DNA from: an uncultured Eggerthellaceae bacterium
Lineage (GTDB): Bacteria; Actinomycetota; Coriobacteriia; Coriobacteriales; Eggerthellaceae
NCBI GenBank assembly: GCA_964649145.1
Contig: CAZYOQ010000003.1
Location: 13,492-77,491 of the forward strand
DNA: 64,000 nt
Direction of reading: 5' to 3'
Under the pieces are notes generated by a model. The model was given only the letters and a program-made list of their open reading frames with translations, did no database searches and was not told the DNA's origin. Positions 28,709 to 37,978 of this stretch are shown here, in pieces. Made by a program: the position numbers and the translations under genes. How positions within the stretch are numbered: position 1 is the stretch's first letter; every line of letters begins with the position of its first letter.

Positions 28709-29887
28709 TTAGCGAATAGCGCAACCTCCGCCGATCACAACTTCCCCGTCGTAGAAAACGATTGATTGACCAGGTGCAGTACGAATGTGAGGCTCATCGA
28801 AGATGATTCTCGCGCTTGTATCACCTGCAAGTTCGACGTGCGCGCTGCTGGGTTTTTGTCGGTATCCGGCCTTTACTTGTGCGGGGAATGAGCGGGCAGC
28901 TATGTTTCCTGAAATGATGTTCACATCGTCTATGTAGGCTTCGGTATCATAAAGGTCGCTTTTCGGGGCAACAATCAGTTGATTTATGCCAATGTCTTTA
29001 TCTAGCACATAAAGCGGCTCGCTGTGGGCTATGCCTATGCCTTTGCGCTGGCCGATGGTGTAGTGCGCAAGACCGTTGTGGCTGCCAAGCCTTTTTCCGA
29101 AAACATCAACGATATCTCCTGGTTCATAAAGAGCCTGAGCGGAAGTGCTGTCAAGAGAATCGTTATTTGAAGAATCGCTATCAAGGTTAACGCTTCCAAG
29201 ATAGTCGCTTATAAACGCTGCATAATTCCCATCGGGAATGAAACATATATCCTGACTTTCTGGCTTTTCAGCGGTAGTGAAACCTCTCTCTCGCGTGATT
29301 TTACGCACTTCTTCTTTTGTGAAATCCCCAAGAGGGAATAGCATGTGTTCTAGATTGTCTTGGGTAAGGTGGTAAAGGACGTAACTTTGGTCTTTTTTCG
29401 GGTCGATCGCTCGAAGCAACTGCCATGTTTTCGATTTCGCATCGAAGCGCCTGCGCGCATAATGGCCGGTAGCGACATAGGCAGCTCCAAGCTCCTTGCG
29501 CCTTCGCTGAAGTTCTTCAAACTTAAGGTAGCGGTTGCAGTCGATGCAGGGGTTAGGGGTAAGGCCATGTATGTAGGCGCTGCAGAACTTCTTTACCACG
29601 TTTTTTTCAAAGCTCTTCTTCAAGTTGAAAACAAAGTGCTCGATTCCAAGCGTTCTACAAACACTCTTTGCGTCTTCCACGTCCTCGACCGAACAACAGC
29701 CAGATTCAATTCTTTGCCCAAGCAAGTCCTCGTCGATGAGCTTCATTGTTACCCCGACGCAGTCATATCCTTCATCTAGCAGAAGCAGTGCAGCAGCAGA
29801 ACTATCCACCCCGCCGCTCATAGCTACAAGAACCTCGGCAATGCTTTCAAGCTTAGTCGTATCGCTTTTATGTGAATTCGAATTCAT
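28709..29887 (-). CDS. mnmA: tRNA 2-thiouridine(34) synthase
   Basis: PP-loop VAMSGGVDSS plus CNRYLKF and ATGHYAR motifs. Confidence 0.9.
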   Translation of the reverse strand: MNSNSHKSDTTKLESIAEVLVAMSGGVDSSAAALLLLDEGYDCVGVTMKLIDEDLLGQRIESGCCSVEDVEDAKSVCRTLGIEHFVFNLKKSFEKNVVKKFCSAYIHGLTPNPCIDCNRYLKFEELQRRRKELGAAYVATGHYARRRFDAKSKTWQLLRAIDPKKDQSYVLYHLTQDNLEHMLFPLGDFTKEEVRKITRERGFTTAEKPESQDICFIPDGNYAAFISDYLGSVNLDSDSSNNDSLDSTSAQALYEPGDIVDVFGKRLGSHNGLAHYTIGQRKGIGIAHSEPLYVLDKDIGINQLIVAPKSDLYDTEAYIDDVNIISGNIAARSFPAQVKAGYRQKPSSAHVELAGDTSARIIFDEPHIRTAPGQSIVFYDGEVVIGGGCAIR

Positions 29888-30157
29888 GACGCCTCATTAT
29901 TTCATGGAATGACCTTGCATAACAATGTCTTATGCGAAATTCACAGCCACATTTGCACCGCTTGGCGCTTACATGAGGCTATGCCCTTAGTTTCGGTATT
30001 GGCATCGTTTATTGACCCACTCAAGCCTTGCCTAATCGCGCCTTAAATGGCAAGTTTGCCTGCATTTCGGGCACGTCTTTCGGAAACAAAGCTGAAACCT
30101 TTGGGCGTTAACATTCATCTACTACGCTTTGAATGAAACTTGCGAGAAGGGTTATGC

Positions 30158-33100
30158 ATGTACGGCGCATCAACGCTGCATCAGCGCAAAAACGATAAAA
30201 ACACAGGAATGTATCGAAGCGAATTCGAACACGATGCCTGCGGAATTGGGGCTATCGCGAACCTTAAAGGAGTGCGCACCCATCAAATGGTCGATGATGC
30301 GCTCTCGATCCTTGTGAATCTCGAACATCGCGGAGGCGTTGGTCTTGAACCCAATACAGGCGACGGCGCTGGCATCTTGATTCAGATTCCGCACAGGTTC
30401 TTTCGTAAGGAATCGCAGAAATACGGGTGCATACTTCCCGATGAAGGCGATTATGCCGTGGCTATGATTTTCGCACCTCAAGATGAACAAGGGTGCCAAA
30501 CAGGAAAGAGGCTTTTCGAAGAGATTTGCGCCAAGGAGGATATTCCTTTGCTGTTCTGGCGCGATGTTCCAACCGACTCCCATGGCTTGGGGGACACAGC
30601 TATCGATTGTATGCCTACGATCATCCAGTGTTTTTTGGGTCGCCCGCAAGGAGTCAAAAGAGGCCTGGACTTCGAGAGGCGTCTTTACGTTTGTCGCCGG
30701 CAAATCGAAAAGGCGGCCAATTGCAACCCAGGGCTAGAGGGTAAGATCTTCTATATATGCTCGATGAGCTCGAAGACAATCGTCTACAAGGGAATGCTCA
30801 TTTCAAAGCAGATGCGCGGTTTCTTCAGCGATTTGGACGACGCGTCAACCGAAACATCAATCGCTCTTGTCCATTCACGCTATTCCACCAACACAACGCC
30901 TTCTTGGGAACGCGCGCATCCTAATCGCTATATCGTCCATAACGGCGAGATAAACACTCTTCGCTGCAATATCAACTGGATAAAGGCTCGCGAGCCGCAC
31001 CTGTACTCTCCGGTTATGGGTGAAGATCTTGATAAAGTTCTCCCGGTTTTTAATGGTGAAGGCTCTGATTCGGCGATGCTCGATAACATGATCGAGTTTT
31101 TGACGATGAATGGGCGCACATTACCGCGAGTTATTTCTATGCTTCTTCCTGAGCCTTGGGACAAAAACGACAATCTTACGGATAAACGAAGTGCATTTGA
31201 CGAATACGATTCCATGCTAACGGCTGCATGGGAAGGGCCAGCAGCTATCGCATTTACTGATGGCAACCTAATGGGAGCCGTGGTTGACAGAAATGGACTT
31301 CGCCCAGCACGCTATTATGTGACATCCGACGATAGGCTGATTCTTTCAAGCGAGGTAGGCTCTCTTGATGTGGATCCCGCGACAATACTTATGGCGGGTA
31401 GCTTAGGGCCTGGGCGCATGTTGCTAGTCGACCCGAAATTCGGTCGTGTGCTCTTCGATGACGAGGTCAAAGACGCGCTTGCCAACGAACGTCCGTATCG
31501 TACATGGATAAACAAGGAATCGCTCACACTTGACGAGCTTCTTGACGGTGTGAAAATCAAACCTCGCGATCTGCACGACTGCGATATGGAGCTACACAGA
31601 AGGCAGGCGGTTCACGGTTTTTACTATGACGATATCGAAGAAGCCATCATTCCGATGGCAAAAAATGGCGCGCCACCTCTTGCGTCTATGGGCGCAGATA
31701 CCCCGCTTGCCTGTCTTTCCACTCGCCCCAGACGCTTCTTTAACTACTTTAACCAGTTGTTCGCCCAGGTAACTAACCCGCCAATCGATGCATTGCGCGA
31801 GTCTTACATGACCTCAACTTGTCTATATCTTGGAAATCACGGCAACCTTCTTGAGGATGCTAGCCAAAATTGCAGACTTGTTCGCTTGAACACACCTTTG
31901 CTTGACGAGGAAGCGTTTAACGCTTTGACCTCGATTGATCGCAGGGGCTTCAAGGCAACTATTCTTCAGGCTTCATACCCGCTTGAATCTGGCTCCGATA
32001 GCCTAGACAAGGCACTCAACGCTTTGTGTGAGAAGGCGGAAGAGGCTGTTAATTGCGGCACGGACATTCTAGCCATTAGCGATAGGGTCAATGAAGGCGA
32101 GATTCCTATGCCTTCATTGCTTGCTCTTGCAGGTGTTCATAATCACCTTCTGCGCTGTGGTCTTCGCACTAAGGCAGACATCATCGTTGAGTGTGGAGAC
32201 GCTATCACCCCGCATGACTTTGCTATTTTGGTGGGTTATTCCGCATCGGGAATTTACCCTTATATGGCACACGACACGATTCGTTCGCTGTGTGATCGCA
32301 AGGTTTTAAAGCAGGATGCAAATGACGCCATAGCTAAATACAACAAGGCAATACTTTCAGGCATTGTTTCGATCATGTCGAAGATGGGCATATCTACTAT
32401 CCAGGGTTATCATGCAGCACAGGTTTTTGAGGCAATAGGCCTTTCTCAAGACTTGGTGGACAAACATTTCACTGGCACGGTAAGCCGTATTGGCGGTATG
32501 TCGATCAATGATTTACAACACGAGTGCGACGATCGTTATCGCCAGGCACAGGCTCAAAAGCACTCCCCATCTCCCGACCAGCTTCCAAGTTCTGGTATAA
32601 CTTCTTGGCGCCCTCGAGGCGAAGTACACTTGATTACCCCGCAGGTCATAAACCTGCTTCAACGAGCGGTTCGCGAAAACGATTCAGAGCTTTTTGAGCA
32701 ATACAGCAAGGCTGTGCATGTACCAGGCCGAACCATTGTGCTTAGAGACATGCTTAGCTTTCAAGCAGACCGAAAGCCTGTCGCACTTGACGAGGTCGAG
32801 CCAGCATCAAAGATAGTTAAGCGCTTCAACACAGGAGCCATGAGCTATGGCTCAATCTCGAAGGAAGCGCACGAGTGCCTTGCTATCGCGATGAACCGTT
32901 TGGGCGGCCGTTCCAATTCAGGGGAGGGCGGGGAAGACCCTGCTCGTGAGGTTACACTTCCAAACGGAGATTCCAAGCGATCTGCCATCAAGCAAATCGC
33001 ATCTGGCAGGTTTGGAGTTACAAGCCGCTACCTTTGTAGCGCAAGTGAACTTCAAATCAAGATGGCTCAAGGTGCCAAACCAGGAGAAGGTGGGCATCTT

Positions 33101-34780
33101 CCAGGCAGCAAGGTTTGGCCTTGGATTGCTCGTACGCGCCGTTCTACCCCTGGTATTGGGCTTATTTCGCCTCCACCTCATCACGATATTTACTCAATCG
33201 AGGACTTGGCCGAGCTGATATTTGACCTTAAGAACTCAAACCCAGACGCTCGCGTTTCTGTGAAATTGGTCTCTGAGGTTGGGGTTGGCACAATCGCTAC
33301 AGGCGTTGCTAAAGGCGGCGCGCACAAGATTCTCATTTCTGGTGCCAATGGAGGCACCGGTGCAGCGCCGCGCGATTCCATTCAACATGCAGGTCTACCT
33401 CTGGAAATGGGCTTGTCTGAAACCCAACAGACACTTCTTCGCAATGGCCTTCGATCTCGCATTGTGCTTGAGGCTGACGGCAAGCTGATGGATGGGCGAG
33501 ACGCTGTTATTGCTTGCTTGCTTGGAGCCGAAGAATTCGGTTTCGCAACAATGCCGCTTGTTGCTATGGGATGCTTGATGCAGCGCGATTGTCAGCAAGA
33601 CACATGCCCTGTAGGCATTGCCACGCAAAATTGCCGTCTTCGCAACAACTTCTGTGGAAAGCCCGAATACGTAGTGAATTTCATGATGTTTGTGGCAGAG
33701 CAGATGCGCTCGATTATGGCAGAGCTTGGTTTTCGCACCATTGAAGAGATGGTAGGACAAGTGCAGTGTCTCAAGCAGGATAAAGAAGTTGAAAGCTGGA
33801 AGGCAAGGCTGCTTGACCTTTCTCCTATACTTGAGCGTCCCGAGGTCGAGTTTGGTCGGGCTATCAGCTATGCGAGTTGCCCTCACTTCCTTGAAGAAGC
33901 TGCGTCTCCCGATGCGCTATCGCAGGTGCTTGACGCGACGCTTTTCATCCCCTACACATCATCGGCGCGCCGTTCACTTGAGCCGATAAGCTTTAAAGCC
34001 GAAATTTCAAATGTGAATAGGTGTGTTGGCACCCTTTTGGGCTCGACTGTAACTAAGGCTCATCCCGACGGACTGCCCGACAATTCGATAAGCATTCAAT
34101 GCAACGGCTCTGGCGGAATGAGCTTTGGCGCATTTCTCCCACAAGGAATTTCCCTTTCGATTACAGGCGACACTAACGACTACTTTGGAAAGGGGCTTTC
34201 AGGTGGCATTGTTTCTGTAGCACCTGCAAAGCAAGCTACGTATCGTCCTGAAGAAAACATGGTTGTAGGAAACGTTGCATTCTATGGCGCGACTAGTGGC
34301 AAAGGATTTGTGAACGGGCTTGCAGGGCAACGTTTTGCCGCCCGCAATTCTGGGGCTCAGCTTGTGGTTGAAGGCGTTGGCGATAACGGATGCGAATACA
34401 TGACAGGTGGCACGGTTCTAATTTTGGGAGATGTGGGTATGAACTTCGCCGCTGGCATGAGTGGAGGCGTGGCCTATGTTTATGACGAATCGGACACGTT
34501 GGATCATGGATTAAACCCAGAACTAGTGGAGTTACTTAGTGTTGATGATTGCGACGTGAAAACCATTCGAGACCTTTTGATGCAGCACGTAAAGGCTACA
34601 AACAGCCCGCTAGGAATAATGATGCTCTACAAGTTTAACGATATCATCTGTCATTTTAAGAAGGTCATTCCTACTGAATACAAGATCATGCTCGATTTGA
34701 CCGAGCGATTCGAACGAGAGGGAAGCACGCACGAACAAGCGGCTAACCGAGCGTTTGAGGCTATGAGGGAGGCAAGCTAG
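30158..34780 (+). CDS. gltB: glutamate synthase large subunit
   Basis: Ntn amidotransferase start (HDACGIGAI), the FMN/FeS central domain and a GXGXG C-terminal beta-helix. The start is uncertain among 30140, 30158 and 30209. Confidence 0.9.
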   Translation: MYGASTLHQRKNDKNTGMYRSEFEHDACGIGAIANLKGVRTHQMVDDALSILVNLEHRGGVGLEPNTGDGAGILIQIPHRFFRKESQKYGCILPDEGDYAVAMIFAPQDEQGCQTGKRLFEEICAKEDIPLLFWRDVPTDSHGLGDTAIDCMPTIIQCFLGRPQGVKRGLDFERRLYVCRRQIEKAANCNPGLEGKIFYICSMSSKTIVYKGMLISKQMRGFFSDLDDASTETSIALVHSRYSTNTTPSWERAHPNRYIVHNGEINTLRCNINWIKAREPHLYSPVMGEDLDKVLPVFNGEGSDSAMLDNMIEFLTMNGRTLPRVISMLLPEPWDKNDNLTDKRSAFDEYDSMLTAAWEGPAAIAFTDGNLMGAVVDRNGLRPARYYVTSDDRLILSSEVGSLDVDPATILMAGSLGPGRMLLVDPKFGRVLFDDEVKDALANERPYRTWINKESLTLDELLDGVKIKPRDLHDCDMELHRRQAVHGFYYDDIEEAIIPMAKNGAPPLASMGADTPLACLSTRPRRFFNYFNQLFAQVTNPPIDALRESYMTSTCLYLGNHGNLLEDASQNCRLVRLNTPLLDEEAFNALTSIDRRGFKATILQASYPLESGSDSLDKALNALCEKAEEAVNCGTDILAISDRVNEGEIPMPSLLALAGVHNHLLRCGLRTKADIIVECGDAITPHDFAILVGYSASGIYPYMAHDTIRSLCDRKVLKQDANDAIAKYNKAILSGIVSIMSKMGISTIQGYHAAQVFEAIGLSQDLVDKHFTGTVSRIGGMSINDLQHECDDRYRQAQAQKHSPSPDQLPSSGITSWRPRGEVHLITPQVINLLQRAVRENDSELFEQYSKAVHVPGRTIVLRDMLSFQADRKPVALDEVEPASKIVKRFNTGAMSYGSISKEAHECLAIAMNRLGGRSNSGEGGEDPAREVTLPNGDSKRSAIKQIASGRFGVTSRYLCSASELQIKMAQGAKPGEGGHLPGSKVWPWIARTRRSTPGIGLISPPPHHDIYSIEDLAELIFDLKNSNPDARVSVKLVSEVGVGTIATGVAKGGAHKILISGANGGTGAAPRDSIQHAGLPLEMGLSETQQTLLRNGLRSRIVLEADGKLMDGRDAVIACLLGAEEFGFATMPLVAMGCLMQRDCQQDTCPVGIATQNCRLRNNFCGKPEYVVNFMMFVAEQMRSIMAELGFRTIEEMVGQVQCLKQDKEVESWKARLLDLSPILERPEVEFGRAISYASCPHFLEEAASPDALSQVLDATLFIPYTSSARRSLEPISFKAEISNVNRCVGTLLGSTVTKAHPDGLPDNSISIQCNGSGGMSFGAFLPQGISLSITGDTNDYFGKGLSGGIVSVAPAKQATYRPEENMVVGNVAFYGATSGKGFVNGLAGQRFAARNSGAQLVVEGVGDNGCEYMTGGTVLILGDVGMNFAAGMSGGVAYVYDESDTLDHGLNPELVELLSVDDCDVKTIRDLLMQHVKATNSPLGIMMLYKFNDIICHFKKVIPTEYKIMLDLTERFEREGSTHEQAANRAFEAMREAS

Positions 34781-34781
34781 C

Positions 34782-36173
34782 ATGGGTCGCGTTGGAGCGT
34801 TTTTGGAAGTAGATCGTCGGGCACATGGACGTCGCGACGCGCTTGAGTCCATATCCGATATGGACGAGATAGTAACTACCTTGCCTAAAGAAGAGCAAGA
34901 ACTACAGGCTTCCCGCTGTATGAATTGCGGGGTGGCGTTCTGCCAAAGCGGAATACATATAAGCGGCTCTCGAAGAATTATCGGGTGCCCTTTGCAAAAC
35001 CTTATCCCTGAAACAAACGACCTTATTTGCAAAGGAAGGTGGGATGAGGCTGTATCCAGATTGCTTCTTACCAACCCGTTTCCAGAATTCACGGGACGCG
35101 TATGCCCTGCTCCTTGCGAGGATGCGTGCAATCTAGGCCTTCATGAGAATTCTGTCACCATCCATGACGACGAACGCGCTATGTCTGATTACATGTGGCA
35201 GGTAGGAGTAGACCCTTTGCCGAAGGCGCAAAGTACTTCTCCGCTTGTCACGGTTATAGGTTCTGGTCCAGCGGGGCTTGCAGCTGCCTGGGAACTTACT
35301 CGACTTGGTTATCAAGTGCGTGTTATTGAACGCGCGAAGCTGCCAGGTGGTCTTCTAATGTACGGTATTCCGAATATGAAGCTTGATAAAGATGTGGTTT
35401 GTCGACGCATCAATTTGATGAAGGAAAGCGGCATTGTCTTTGATTGTGGAATAGATGCTACAGATATCGCAGAAGAAATCCTTGAAAGCTCTAAGGCCAT
35501 ACTTATTGCTTGTGGCGCAAGCATCCCAAGGGATATGCCTATTGCTGGGCGCGATTTGAACGGGGTGCATTTCGCAGTTGATTACTTAAGCGAAGTGACG
35601 GACGCCATGATCGAAGATAGAAAGCCTTCCATTACAGCTTATGGCAAAGACGTTGTTGTGATAGGCGGAGGAGACACAGGCATAGACTGCGTTGCCTGCG
35701 CGCTTCGTCAAGGCGCTAGTAGTGTGACTCAGGTGATTCGCGCAGCACGTCCTGTTTCGTCTGACTACCCAGAATACGAGTGGCCGCTAGCTAGGTCTGG
35801 CTGGACTCAAGGGTATGGTCAAGCCGAGGCGGAAGCGCTTTTTGGCGAAGACCCGCGCATTTGGTCTGTTGACACTTTGGCATTTGAAGGCAACGCGGCT
35901 GTTGAAGGCGTTAGAATTTGCGACCTGTCTTATGACGGGGGTCGCCATATTGTCGAAGATACTCAGCGAACAATACCTGCGCAGCTTGTGCTAATCGCTA
36001 AAGGCTTTTTAGGCTCGGATAAGAAAGTATTGGATGCCTTCGGTGCAGATACTAACGATACTACTATTCATGTCTTTGTAGCTGGCGATGCTCGCACGGG
36101 TGCAAGTATTGTTGCAAATGCCATGGCTGATGGGATTGCAACAGCCAAAAAACTTGCCCATAAGCTGGGCTAA
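34782..36173 (+). CDS. gltD: glutamate synthase small subunit (NADPH)
   Basis: Cys clusters (CMNCGVAFC, CPAPCEDAC) and dinucleotide folds (VIGSGPAGLAAA, VIGGGDTGIDC). The ATG lies 1 nt after the gltB stop and follows GAGGGAGG. Confidence 0.9.
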   Translation: MGRVGAFLEVDRRAHGRRDALESISDMDEIVTTLPKEEQELQASRCMNCGVAFCQSGIHISGSRRIIGCPLQNLIPETNDLICKGRWDEAVSRLLLTNPFPEFTGRVCPAPCEDACNLGLHENSVTIHDDERAMSDYMWQVGVDPLPKAQSTSPLVTVIGSGPAGLAAAWELTRLGYQVRVIERAKLPGGLLMYGIPNMKLDKDVVCRRINLMKESGIVFDCGIDATDIAEEILESSKAILIACGASIPRDMPIAGRDLNGVHFAVDYLSEVTDAMIEDRKPSITAYGKDVVVIGGGDTGIDCVACALRQGASSVTQVIRAARPVSSDYPEYEWPLARSGWTQGYGQAEAEALFGEDPRIWSVDTLAFEGNAAVEGVRICDLSYDGGRHIVEDTQRTIPAQLVLIAKGFLGSDKKVLDAFGADTNDTTIHVFVAGDARTGASIVANAMADGIATAKKLAHKLG

Positions 36174-36238
36174 TGCGCATATAAAATCAGCCTGCTTACG
36201 CTTTTCAGGCGATCAAATCTTGTCTTGAATCAGTGCTG

Positions 36239-36266
36239 TATATATTTGACTTTTGACAAATATATA
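36239..36266. promoter_or_regulatory. inverted repeat / promoter region upstream of marR
   Basis: TATATATTTG, 8 nt, then CAAATATATA (10-bp perfect arms). It overlaps a TTGACA hexamer in an AT-rich intergenic region. Confidence 0.35.
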
Positions 36267-36438
36267 TGGTAAAATATTAACTTTTGTCTACAATTCAAAA
36301 ACGTTCTGTAGAAACGTTAATTTGTCGTAGAATATACACATCGAAATTAAAAACAATCGATGAATACCTCTAAAAAAGTGTAAGTGCCAGTGCCTGGTAT
36401 TGCCTAAACAAATAGCTTTTAGGCATATCGAAACCAAC

Positions 36439-36903
36439 ATGAACATAGGAGGGTGTGGTGTGGTAAGAAAAAGTGACGCCGAACAGATTATGAGAGCGGC
36501 ATTGCGCTATTACGAACTTACCCGAAAATCCTTATTCGAGCCTGCTGCAACTAGCAATTTCACAAAGATGCAGACGAACATCATTAGCCTGCTTTTCGTA
36601 AGAGGCCCCATGAATATGTCTAGCTTAAGCTTTCACATGGGCGTGACTCCTGAACAGACTTCCAGGAACGTGAAGATACTTCGTGAAAAAGGTTATGTAT
36701 CTTGTGGCAAAGACTCCGTTAATCGTCGCAAGGTTATAGCGCAGCTTACGAATAAAGGTAAGAAGGTAGCGCAAAAGCAGTTTGAGTCTGCTTGTGAATA
36801 TCTCGACACCTACTTGGGGAGTTTAGATAGCAAGCAGGTTTGTGAACTTGCCGACCTGTCGAAAAAGGCCGACGAAATCTTACAAGGCGAAGATCTCGCC
36901 TAA
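36439..36903 (+). CDS. MarR-family transcriptional regulator
   Basis: Winged helix (MSSLSFHMGVTPEQTSRNVKILREKGYV). The ORF begins at 36400. A GTG at 36460 that follows GGAGGG is an alternative start. Confidence 0.8.
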   Translation: MNIGGCGVVRKSDAEQIMRAALRYYELTRKSLFEPAATSNFTKMQTNIISLLFVRGPMNMSSLSFHMGVTPEQTSRNVKILREKGYVSCGKDSVNRRKVIAQLTNKGKKVAQKQFESACEYLDTYLGSLDSKQVCELADLSKKADEILQGEDLA

Positions 36904-36992
36904 GTTTTTTTAGATCAAACGTCTGGGTAGCGCATTCTTGTCATTATTTAGCGAATCAGCGCAATAAACTTGAATCTTGACGGTCTTCTTGT

Positions 36993-37553
36993 CTAGCCAA
37001 ATAGATGTTCTACCAGCGTTTTCACGCCAAGCAGGATAAGTATTACACCTCCGGCTATTTGAGCCCTTTTTTGGAATCTACGTCCGAATAAGGTTCCGAA
37101 TTTCGCGCCAATCGCAGAAATAATGAACGTGACAGCGCCAATTATCAGAATATTTATCCATATATTGCTCGTTTCCGTCATCGCAAGCGAGACACCCGCT
37201 GCCAGTGCGTCGATAGATGTCGCTACTGCAAGCGGAAACATGGCTTTCGGTGAAAGACTCGAGTTGTCTAGCTCTTCGGTTCCTTTTAGTGCTTCTCGAA
37301 TCATGTTCGCGCCAATTAGCACAAGCAAGATAAAGGCTATCCAATGGTCTATTGCACTGATATAGGCGGCAAATGAACTGCCAACAAGAAATCCGATCAA
37401 AGACATCAGTGATTGAAAGACACCAAACCATATTCCACAGACAAGCGCTGTCTTTGTGCCTTGTACATGCGAGCTTAAGCCTTTGCAGATTGATACAGCA
37501 AAAGCATCCATTGCAAGCCCTACGGCTAAAAACAATATGGATAAAAATTCCAA
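36993..37553 (-). CDS. mntP: manganese efflux pump MntP family
   Basis: AVGLAMDAFAVS and a second DALAAG repeat, with 6 TM segments. The ORF contains no ATG. A TTG at 37553 after AAAGGG gives about 186 aa, and the ORF track starts at TTG 37643. Confidence 0.78.
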   Translation of the reverse strand: MEFLSILFLAVGLAMDAFAVSICKGLSSHVQGTKTALVCGIWFGVFQSLMSLIGFLVGSSFAAYISAIDHWIAFILLVLIGANMIREALKGTEELDNSSLSPKAMFPLAVATSIDALAAGVSLAMTETSNIWINILIIGAVTFIISAIGAKFGTLFGRRFQKRAQIAGGVILILLGVKTLVEHLFG

Positions 37554-37839
37554 GTGCGCCCTTTCTAAAATAGCGCTAATTATAAGTCTTAATGCTGTAA
37601 GTATTGTTTGTATCTTGGCTGGAATCCCTGAGCCGTGAATCAACCCTGAGTTTTCGCCGTGACCAGCTTGTTTTTGTAAGATTCATATAGTGGTGGCGCA
37701 CAATGTACGATTGGCGATGCGTCCGTTTGTCGCTCTTTATATAAAAACTGTTGAATACATATATAAGCAGTGCAATAATGATTAGCGCATATTTCAACGA
37801 CGCCTTCGGAAAGCCCACGCCAACCGGAGGTCGAGAAAA

Positions 37840-37916
37840 CTCTGGAGAACTCTTAAGTGAGTGCCGAAGGTGCAAGGCGGCAAAGGCTGCTGAATCTCTC
37901 AGGCAAACGGACAGAG
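37840..37916 (+). promoter_or_regulatory. glycine riboswitch aptamer (single aptamer)
   Basis: The sequence CUCUGGAGAA-[ACUC UUAAGU GAGU]-GCCGAAGGUGCAA-[GCGGC AAAG GCUGC]-UGAAUCUCUCAGGCAAACGGACAGAG matches the conserved glycine-aptamer core (GGAGA, GCCGAAGG.GCAA, CUCUCAGGCAAA.GGAC) with a P1 of CUCUG/CAGAG. It lies 62 nt upstream of an alanine/glycine symporter gene. Confidence 0.8.
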
Positions 37917-37978
37917 GCATAATGCTAAATTTAGCGCACGTGTCCTCCACTGTTTTCACAAATATAGAAGGAGGAAGC

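Noticed and set aside
37751-37978. N-terminal 76 codons of the ORF-track version of the symporter (TTG 37751).
   Set aside because: This stretch contains the glycine riboswitch and its expression platform. The SD-backed GTG at 37979 gives a normal AGCS N-terminus.
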